DNA of 64,000 nucleotides, taken from positions 19,220,001 to 19,284,000 of the forward strand of contig NC_042998.1 of NCBI RefSeq assembly GCF_006345805.1, in the 5' to 3' direction. This stretch comes from Octopus sinensis. Lineage: Eukaryota. Positions 53,626 through 64,000 of the stretch are shown here, piece after piece; within the stretch, counting starts at the first letter, position 1, and each line of letters starts with the position of its first letter. Below the pieces are notes generated by a model. That model was not told where the DNA came from. It made no database searches and was given only the letters and a program-made list of their open reading frames with translations. The position numbers were made by a program, and so were the translations under genes.

Positions 53626-53722
<97 letters not shown>
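53360..53722. repeat. (GATA)n plus (GA)n microsatellite
   Basis: Direct inspection. Confidence 0.95.
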
Positions 53723-53724
<2 letters not shown>

Positions 53725-54459
53725 ATCACTCAGTAAACTAAATCGACATACCGCATGCTTGAATAAATTGTTCCTGCCTAAAACTTCAAAGTATGACGCG
53801 TTTCCGAGAAAACTTACAGAAAAAGTTTAGTTAAACTAAAACAAGGATCTTCCACATTTATTATTGACTTCATGACAAGACAGATCGACAACTTGCTTTC
53901 GATATAACAGGTTAGAGATCGTTTGAATTCTGAAGGAAATAGATAATTTTCGAAAGGCATTTGGTGACGTCGTGAGAATAAGTCATATTTGTCCCTCGTT
54001 GAATTATTCTTCTGGATATAAGTTTTTGCACGTATATCTACAAGTCTGTGTATATACATTCACACAGGGAAGCGAATGTATGATTTGAAAGAAGGAAAGT
54101 GAAGCTAATATTACAGCAAAGCAATTTACACTGTGAGCCAGAAATTGCACGTTGATAGATATCTATATCGGAAACCCACTGATTCTGTTATACACTTACT
54201 TCTGAAACGCAAGCCGAAAAGTATAGCAAGTTGTGCAATGATACACTGCTTACTAGTTATATTATTACATTCCTGGACCTAGGTTAATACATTCGACGTT
54301 AGCAAATCGCCTTAAAATATGAATATATTGATATATATCTACATGTCTTTGTAGATCAACATAGCTATATCACAATGTCTTACGATCCCTACTGTCACAT
54401 TTGCTATTGTCATTTATGATTTCTTTTTGTAAATTTTAGTATAATATATAAGGCACGCA

Positions 54460-55100
54460 AGAACATGTCTGCTCGAGAATTGTCTTCATGAAACAATACA
54501 TTTTCCTGGGAGTTTAGTCGTGAGAGCCTTTCCTAACTGCCTCATTAAGTTGGCATGGTAGTCTTCGCTGAAGACACTCAATAAGCACAAAGCCCTTTGC
54601 ATACCCCAAAACTAAAGCTCTAAACCTTACTGCAGATAAAATGACATCGACTTTCTTTGGAGCCGAAGAGTTTCTACAACATAGATTCTCTTTGTCTCTA
54701 GTTCTAACGAATGTACACAACACTCATCCTGAGTTAGGAAACGTTCACGACACCAGCTGAATCTCCCTCAAACAACATCAAATTTTCCTGTACGCTCATG
54801 ATCAGGAGGCGGGAGACGTGGTACTTACAGAACAGAAACCTTCGTCCTGCAAAGTTCATTGTGTAGAATATGGGCAACCCTCCAACGAGATACACTAATA
54901 TCATTGGTTGCTTGAGTTATCATCCAACACCACGTGTTGAACACATTCAATGTTTTCCTTCGAGATGGAATTTCATGGGTACAAATCAATAATGTCCGAA
55001 CCTTTCTCAAAATCAGTTGTCCACTTTTGCACTGTTGATAAAACTGGAACGTCATCGCCTAATGTTACAAGCATAGTAGCAGAATGCTGTTGGAAGCTAA
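54460..55100 (-). mobile_element. Old mariner transposase remnant
   Basis: TLGDDVPVLSTVQKW, VPRL, RFLTQDE, FHEDN-like segments across frameshifts; no TIR found. Confidence 0.75.
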
Positions 55101-55324
55101 ACCCTTTTCCTGCCGGTACTTGTTAGCACCACGATTCTAAATGCTGTTAATGTGCAAGAGCAGTCGCTACTAGCTACATTTGAAGTTTTCTTTGGGTTGT
55201 CAGCTCTCATTTTGCCTGGTAAAAGAACAATACAATTACTAAAAATATTTGAAATTAAATGTATGTATGATTTCACAGTCTTCCATAGTCATCTATGAAG
55301 GTTTCAGCCAGCACTAGTAAATGC

Positions 55325-55398
<74 letters not shown>

Positions 55399-55754
55399 TG
55401 TGTGTGTGTGAGTGTGTGTGTGTGTGTGTATACGTTTATTGTTGACGCTTGGCAAAAAGATTTTTGGCAAAAATATAGTTGTGTTTGATAATATATAATA
55501 TATTTTGTTTACGCCCCCAGATCCTTGTTCTTCTAAATTCGAAACGTGAGTGCAAAAATTCCCTTCCGTTATAACTTACCTGACGAGCATTTGCCTCGAA
55601 AGGTGAAAATCACAGTAGCACGAGAATGACTCAACCGATACAATATATATATATATTATATATATATATATATATATATGATAAATCTCAGAGTGATTTA
55701 TAAACAAGCAGCAACCCATCGTGTCGTATATTTGCCATTTGAATATGGCTAACC

Positions 55755-55965
55755 CCTAAGGGTGGATGCTACTGTAGTTTGTAGCCCCAGGAGGACACCT
55801 CCTCCAGCTGGCTATAGACACACTTTCTGTGCCCTATCAGTATTTGCAAAGGGAAGCCATCCTTCCCGTCTTCAACTTATGATACACACGGACTCGAGTT
55901 TCAGGGTATTGACCCGTCATCGGCGTGTGACAATCATAGTTGTCGATGAGAAGTAGGTTCCCTTC
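55755..55965 (-). repeat. Short GC-richer repeat carrying a minimal hammerhead fold
   Basis: GC-richer island in AT-rich flank; contains the 55885-55929 fold; boundaries approximate. Confidence 0.5.
55885..55929 (-). ncRNA. Minimal type I hammerhead-like fold (U4C variant)
   Basis: CACACG-CCGAUGA-C-GGG-UCAAUA-CCC-U-GAAA-CUCGAG-UC-CGUGUG: 6-bp stem I, palindromic stem III ACUCGAGU, GUC site. Confidence 0.65.
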
Positions 55966-57829
55966 ACAAATACATATATATATACTTGCTCTGTATGAGT
56001 GGAGGATTTTACTATTGTATGTATTTATGTATGTATGTATGTATGTATGTATGTATGTATGTATACGGTAATCTGGATGAACGACTAGCAACACCAAACT
56101 ACATTAAAGAATTCACAATATACTAAAGGTAGAATTTTCTTTCTAATTTTGATTCAAATCTGTCAAGTAGTAACATGTTTCTCTTTATAAACACAGACGT
56201 CTTGACAGTTAACAATTTTTAACTCTCAAATTCTCGTGTTTACGCAGTGAAACACTTAACTATTTCCAACATTACGAATAGTAAATGTAATTCTTGTCTT
56301 ATTCCTGAATATAATGAAATTTATTTAACCCTGACTAAATAGAAGTTGTAGAAAATATACACCAACAAATAAGAGATAAGGGTATATGTCTCCCACTTTT
56401 TCAAAATGAATTTTACAAATGTAACTCTTGCTGCCCATCCCTTACGTGGTATTACTGCAACGCACCCTATACTTGTGTAAGAGGTGTCTTTAAAATTCAC
56501 GCAATGGGTTAGTTTTGCTTATGAGAAGAACATTAGGTTATAGGATTTAAATACAATTTGTTGCACACATATATAATGTCTGTCAGTGTAAACAAAAATT
56601 CCGATAGAGCATCCACGGCATCTGAAATATATCTACATGGTAGAGTTTCCATTATATTCGTGTCTAAATCTTCATTACATATAGCCTTATTGTGTATCCA
56701 CAATCACTGCTTGATCGTTCCTGTTTGTGTTTCGTGGACATCTACAGACTCATATTTGCTTGATGCAATTCTATACGAAGCCAGTATTGGGGCCTTATAA
56801 TTTTTCTTGTCCAGTTTCACGAATGTTGTTGTTCTGAAAATGGTTTTGATTCTTATTCTACATTAGGGTTTTCGATACGCTGTATTTTTTTTAATGCAGT
56901 GCGCTCTCGAAAAACATTGTGTATCGTTTAAGCATTTCCTGGTGTTGCGGATGATTGTATAAGAGATAATAATGCTTCAACAGTTCGTACAACGAACCAT
57001 AGTCTAATCTGATTTGTCCTTCGGTAGTTAAGACATTCGTAAGTAATTCTAATCGTTAAATAGGATATTGCATCTTTGCCATCCACATAGCCTGATCATG
57101 CCATTGTGCTGTACGCGTATATTATTCGAATCGGCAGAACAACCAAAGAGAAAGAACCAAGGATCTGCATAGTTATCAGCTAAACCTTCTATGACGCTGT
57201 CAAAGCGCTGTGTTGTAACTAATTTGACATTTTCCACATGAACATCAATAATATCAATAACGAAGCATGTTCACGCATTTCTAAATAGGCGCTGCATAGG
57301 CCGTGATTAATGAACGTTTCCTCAATATTATGTATTGCGCTTTTTCATTTGTTCTGCTCTCTGTAAGAAATAACAACAAATCTGCTTCTCGGAAGGAATT
57401 GTTAGAATAATGACACAGATGCACCTCTACTGGAGCGGCAAAGTATTTATTCGCTTGAGGAAACACTGTAAATTTCATATTGAATGAAATTTCATACATT
57501 GCCCATCATTATTGACGAAATGCCCTCATTCACGCGTTGCTTGGCTAATATTGTAAATGCCAACGTGATGTGCATTGCATTTTTTTTTAAAATTTGTGCA
57601 TCAACAGCCACGATAGCGACCATAATAATTATTTTCAACCGGAATTCACTCCACATTGGATAACCCTGAATGATATCGTCTGCCTCCGCAGGATATTCAC
57701 AATAACAACAACAACAAAATCAAGGATAATGACGATGACGACGACGAAGACAATGATGATGCTGATGATGGTAATGGTGATGATGATAAAAAATATTTAG
57801 AATGATAACAACAGCAACAGCAACATCGA

Positions 57830-58020
57830 GTGGAGGCGCAATGGCCCAGTGGTTAGGGCAGCGGACTCGCGCTCGTAAGAACGCGGTTTCGATTCACAGA
57901 CCGGGCATTGTGTTTATTGAGCAAAAACACCTAAGCTCCACGAGGCTCCGGCGGGGTAGGGTGGTGAACCCCGCTGTACTCTTACACCAGAACTTTCTCT
58001 CACTCTTTTTTCCTACTTCT
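57830..58020 (+). mobile_element. tRNA-derived SINE (family C-related)
   Basis: A box TGGCCCAGTGGTT, B box-like GTTTCGATTC, TTGAGCAAAAACACCT core. Confidence 0.75.
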
Positions 58021-59634
58021 ACCAAAAAGCAGAGGATTCATGTTGTAACCCACTATAGTGGGGTAAACTTTCAGACCCTAGTCTAGATTGCGAATCTTCT
58101 TTACCCCAGGATGGTTCAGCTCTCCACCCGTTAAAAGCCACCGCTTGCGGAATGAGGATAAAGTCGTAGCTTTCGTACCCGTGCAACCGCCAGTCTATCG
58201 CGTGTGGTGGGTGGATCTTCAAGTTGCCACACGCATTCTTTGTAGCTTAGAGTAGGCTGGAATTAGGGATTATTCTTTGTGGCTAATGGCGTGAGTCCTG
58301 ATTGGAAGAAGAAGAAGAAGAAGAAGAAGAAGAAGAAGAAGGCAGCAACATCGTAACACATAATTACAAAGAGTTTAAAGCCCATAGCTAATTCATAATG
58401 CATACGCTGACAACCGTATTTGTCGTATGAATAGGAGAATATAAAAACGCAACAAAATATATGTTAAAATAATAAATTAGAAACGATTCAATGTGACTAG
58501 ATATTTCAAGATCATCAAGGAAGTAAACTGAATATAATTCTGAACCGAGTTAAGTGGTTCTAGTCTCAGTTCCGTATTAAATCCTGTATACCGAGGCGGG
58601 CTGTAGTACAAAGGCCACACCTCTACTTTGGAGAAAATGGGACTAGCCCATTACATGCTTGTTTCTCAAAAATAGCTAAAGCACTTCCGGTGAGACTCGA
58701 ATAAGGATGAGTCGAAAATATCGTACCAAAGAAGTGTTGATTGTTATTTTCAATTTTACAATTTTACATTTTTATATATATATACATACATACATATACA
58801 CACACATATATGAGAGGCTGACGGACAAACATATGGACAGACAGATAGCCACACAGACAGGCAGACAGATCCATATACATCACCTACAGGATTTGATAGA
58901 ATCAAGGTATATCAAAATTCATGACACCAGGAAATAGTAGTGTACTTAATATGAAACAACAAAAAGATGCAGGGAGTCATTAGTTTTCGTTTGTGCGTTG
59001 TATACTCTAAGTATGCATATACGCATACCTCTAACTCTCTATATAATTATATACACATAGACAGATACATATATGCATAGAAACCAAATCCAATGTAAAT
59101 CAAAGATCAAACCAAATCCAATGTAAATCATAGATCAAACGCAGGGTTCATCCTAGTTGTGACGTATGTATAAAAAAATAATGCTAGTGGGTTTCAGATC
59201 TCAAAAAGATGATTGGCTAGCATTTTATTCATGTATTTTTGATTGCACCGTTGCCAAAACCGCCATAATTAGGTTAATTTTAATGATATAAACAGGTAAG
59301 TTAGAAACAGATGGCCAGTTCAACAACTACTATGGTCGAACAAGAGATATTTTGAAAAAGACCAATACATTTTGTAGAGAAAACGCAGCAGAAACAGGGA
59401 CTGGCCTGACGGTCAAATCCACAATATCATTTAAGTTATGTTAATAGGTTTATTGCTTTAACCGGTGAATAAAGAGAAGGCATGTTCGTATAAAGGACAA
59501 CAATTAAAAGCATATTCTTTAGATAACACGCCAAAATAAGTGCACGAGATCCTTATAGTGTCACCATTTATTCGACCTTAGAAAACATGCATAATTATAA
59601 ATGTCTACATTAGATTATTATGCGTGTATATGAG

Positions 59635-59754
<120 letters not shown>

Positions 59755-59761
59755 TATATAT

Positions 59762-59945
59762 ACGCACATATATGTAACCATATGTGAATCGTTGGTGATT
59801 TTGTTCCTCCGTCTTCCTTTTTTCTTGGACTTTCATCTGCCTCCTGTTTCTGAAGAAGAACTTTGCTCGAAACATAAAACTAGAGTCTGCTAATATTTTG
59901 TATGTACCACGTCCCCGGGTTGCTTTTTTTTGTTGTGCTTCTTCT
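59762..59945 (+). repeat. ~190-bp interspersed repeat with minimal hammerhead-like core (59841-59885)
   Basis: GTTT CTGAAGA A GAAC TTT GCTC GAAA CATA AAAC; homologous to 30655-30850 (-); abuts (TA)n. Confidence 0.7.
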
Positions 59946-61034
59946 TCGTTTTTCTTTGGTGGGGTGGATTACTATATAAATTTGGGTATGCTTCCAGTTA
60001 GTTTGTATATACACTTATATAACGAAATCATTATATACCCTCATACGCATGTATATTCGAAACGCATTCATACATATATGTATGTATGCATGTGTACATA
60101 GATAGACGTGTGGTGCGCGTGTTTAGGAAGATTATTTTGCGAAAATATCACTTGAATATCTACTATGTATCTATCAGAAATTTATCGTATTTGGTATAGA
60201 ATGGAATTTCACTTAGAAAGCGAATGTAAAGATTCTTTTGATACTTGGCGATTATAAAGTGACCGAACAATTCAAAAAGCAGCAAGCGGATTATTGACTG
60301 ATAAAATAAACTCGGTTCCCTGTTGTGTGAGCGTTTCTCTGCAAATATGTTCAATAGTATCGAATTTCAGTTACACTATTATATCGTTTAATGCTCTTAC
60401 GCCCGTATATTTCAAAGGTTAAGAATGAATGTGTAGAATATTGGATTTATAGATAGATAGATTATTGTTTTCCTATGCAGGGATATTTCAGATATTGCTG
60501 CCATCTTCACAACGGTCGTGAGACACATTTCTCACCTGTGAATTCGATTTTAATGTAAATGGTGTAAATGATCATTGTTGAATTTCCTACTGATCGTCTT
60601 TTAGAACCCACATAAATGATTTTATTATGTTCTTGAACAATATTCCATCTCTACAGCTTTCAAATATGTGATAAATAGAAATGAATTGATTAAGCATATA
60701 TGTTATTTCCACGTAACTTTCAAAGGTATTAGGGTTCTGACATTTGAATATAAAACTGAAAACGGCTTAGCTTAACTTTCTGCTATGAAATCGATTGGAT
60801 AGAAACTTACATTTTCTTTCATGCATTTTCCATAACATACAAGTAATTTATACTATTGGTCATGTGTTAATGATTTTTATATTATATGAAATATAATATA
60901 TATAGTGACGCAATATATAACGGAGGGAATTCAAGACGCGTTTTAATATATAACATTTCGTTATAATACAGGTCATGAAAATGTTTGAACAAATTGCATA
61001 TATAAATATATATATATATATATACACCCACACC

Positions 61035-61124
<90 letters not shown>

Positions 61125-61599
61125 CCGAGGGATTAAACTTAATCAAAGGAAATACTAACTATCTGTGTCATTGATTCTGTTGTCATTTTTAAAATTGTTA
61201 TATTGGATAATAATAGAATTAATGACACCTTCGTAGATAAATTATATATATATATATATATTCTGCAATATTCGAACGTAGACGAATAAATTTGAAAACG
61301 ACTTAGAGGGTTGGGTAAATTATCACCATATTGGGTGGGGGGCATCGGCATGCAAGCCGCTTAGCACGACTGAACTGAACTTAACGACGGCTCCTGCCAA
61401 CATACCCCGTTATTTCTAGCACTAAATAATAGTAATTTTAGAACATTTTTTCTAAACAACTATTGAAGCATTGAGTGAGATGTTATTTTAGAAATGAAGA
61501 TTACCTTGAAGCCAGGCCACACTTTTCCGCTTATAATTGTATTTAACCGATCCCCTAATCTCTTAATATATCACATTATTAATTATACATACATATACA

Positions 61600-61672
<73 letters not shown>

Positions 61673-62039
61673 ACTATCTGTGTGTGTGTGCCTGGGCTAC
61701 AGTTTTTGTATGGTTGTATTTATGTTTGTTCATGTATGCGTATTTGTGTGTGTCTCTGCCAGAGTATGATATTTCTGTATTCTTCTTAAGACGTGGATAT
61801 CAAAGTGTAAAATATTCAAGTAGATTATTCGGTTCTCCTTCTGTACTATATGGAGAAGTCGATTTCATAGCTGCAAGCTAAAGAAGCACCTGTAAATTTT
61901 ACATTCTGAGATTGCTTCTCAGATATCTATTAAAATGCGACCTATCTTATGTTCATTGAATAAGTATATTGGAGCGTTGAATCATAAATCCTTTTTTTTT
62001 TCTGCAGAAATATTGATTTCATTTTTAATATATAATAAT

Positions 62040-62064
62040 AAATATATTAATAGTAGTAGTAATG

Positions 62065-62131
<67 letters not shown>

Positions 62132-62185
62132 TAATAATAATAAATATAATAATAATAATGATAATGGTGATGATGATAATGATGA

Positions 62186-62219
<34 letters not shown>

Positions 62220-62294
62220 GGTGGTGGTGGTGGTGGTGGTGGTGGTGGTTATGGTGGTGGCGACGACGACGACGATGATGATGATGATGATGAT
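62040..62294. repeat. Compound (AAT)n-(GAT)n-(GGT)n-(GAC)n microsatellite
   Basis: Direct inspection. Confidence 0.95.
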
Positions 62295-62861
62295 AAATGC
62301 TCTGATGCAGTGCCAGGCAGTGATTCTCATGGCTTCTGATCTTAACTGATTGGAAGTGTTATCATGTACATTGTTTTGTCTTGGTATAAAATATGGGCTA
62401 CAGCAAATATTCCGCTCAATACCACAGATTTGCTTGTCAGTTGTTTGACCTTAACCAGTTGACCCTGTCCCTTAGTGGCTGACGATATATGTATCTCTGA
62501 TCATGAGCGGAACTAGTCGGGGAAGCATCATAGCCATGTGTTGAGAGGGATTTTGAGGGTGTGCATTATTCACCTCTGGAAACATGGGTGTTTCGTTCAA
62601 CTTCCTTAAACAACACATATTCAAGGACATTTTGAGTGGGAGAGGCTACTCGACCAGAAGAACATTCTAAGTGGGCCCCACCTGCAAGGTCATTTGCTGA
62701 TTATCTTCATATGAGATCACCATGTCGCACACATATGGTTGTAATGCATGTGCCAAGTTTACTCTTATGAGACGGGTAGTCATGATGGGTATTCTGAGTA
62801 TAATGGGGTTCGTATATTTCACCCCAGTGTCACTTTGATGGCATGCACTGCTCTCTCACTC
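62295..62861 (+). mobile_element. Interspersed repeat ending in (AAT)n, longer copy
   Basis: 3' 300 bp aligns with 43068-43369; non-coding; trinucleotide repeats on both sides. Confidence 0.75.
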
Positions 62862-63007
<146 letters not shown>

Positions 63008-63593
63008 GTCAAAACGAAGAGCGCGATTCGATTGAAAGATATTTCATTAGTTGAACGATATTCCAACAGTACCTCAGTCTGTCTCAAGTTCAAAATAAGG
63101 AGTGATGAAAATTCAAAATTACAGAAATTTAAACGTAAAGTATGAACGAGAGCAACCAACGTCCAAATGTTGATGGAACGACATCATTAGTTTTTAAGTT
63201 ACAATTTTAAAACAGGCGAAACGAAAAAGACAGAATAAAATATAGAAAAAAAGAAGACGACAGAAAAAAAAGGGAGAAAAGAATATTTAATCAAAAAGTT
63301 TTGTATAAATTTGATATTGTCTTGTCATTTTATTCATTTCTCCAGGGCGTGATGTTAATAACCTGCAAACATATTTTCCTCATACATTCAGAGAAGGGAA
63401 GTTGAAGCAGATTCAGAATATTTTCTGAGAATATGCATTTTCAAGTCTTCTTGAAAATTGCAGCTGCTTGAAACGAAATTTATACAAAACAGTTGATGAA
63501 TATTTAAGAATAAATACATAGATAGTTATAGCAATGCATCCAACGTACTCAGAGTATAGAGGTGTGTGTGTGTGTGTTTTTTTAGATAGATTT

Positions 63594-63670
<77 letters not shown>

Positions 63671-64000
63671 ACATATATACACACACAAGCTTTTGTCGGT
63701 ACCTTTAAAGCCAGGAATTCTCTAGCAACCCCTCGTATATGAAGCATAGTTTGTAGAACAGCATTAAAGTGTCTCTTGATTGAAGCGAATTGTATATTAT
63801 TATTTCTTTTCAGATAGTCGAATATGATTTGTTGTTGATGATATGATTACAGTTCCTAACAGCAAAGAAAATATAAATAGAATCTTTATGGGTCTTTCAA
63901 AGATATGTAATAACACATCTGAGTGCCACGTGGAAATAGACCCAATGTCTATTCTGGAATTGCTCTCTTCAGACGTTACATTGTTTACCTGCATTAAGAT

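Noticed and set aside
53790-53825. Minus-strand GAAACGCGTCA (hammerhead stem III-like)
   Set aside because: No CUGANGA box or supporting stems
55578-55610. CTGACGAGCATTTGCCTCGAAAGGTG hammerhead-like string
   Set aside because: No valid NUH site or stem I, and stem II is poor
58020-58300. GC-richer segment with minus-strand MRVAT-like start (possible RTE 5' region)
   Set aside because: Too short and degenerate to classify
59082-59140. 28-bp tandem duplication AAACCAAATCCAATGTAAATCA
   Set aside because: Ordinary slippage duplication

Overview
AT-rich, microsatellite-dense metazoan DNA, most likely an octopus (cephalopod) intronic or intergenic region. This assignment rests on my recognition of the SINE families and repeat landscape, not on a database search. 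No intact host gene, rRNA, tRNA gene or CRISPR array is supported, and almost all ORFs in the supplied track are microsatellite artefacts. The window is dominated by transposable-element remains: at least three tRNA-derived SINE families (several with target-site duplications, some as tandem multimers), four mariner copies (one a single frameshift from intact), a palindromic DD41D Tc1/mariner derivative, R4/Dong-like LINEs in (TAA)n, a Tx1-like LINE in (GATA)n, a CR1/L2-like LINE, a Penelope-like fragment and a HERO-like 3' end. The most notable result is several unrelated hammerhead-ribozyme-like motifs. These are a complete type I fold at 50832-50913 (-) in an inverted-repeat element, a near-perfect minimal fold at 55885-55929 (-), a dispersed minimal-hammerhead family, and a candidate non-circularly permuted (pseudoknotted) hammerhead at 36014-36124 (-) in a LINE 3' UTR. 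There are also several long fold-back elements and a speculative set of plus-strand membrane-protein exons, including a duplicated 26-nt micro-exon. All folds and alignments were done by eye and need computational and experimental confirmation.
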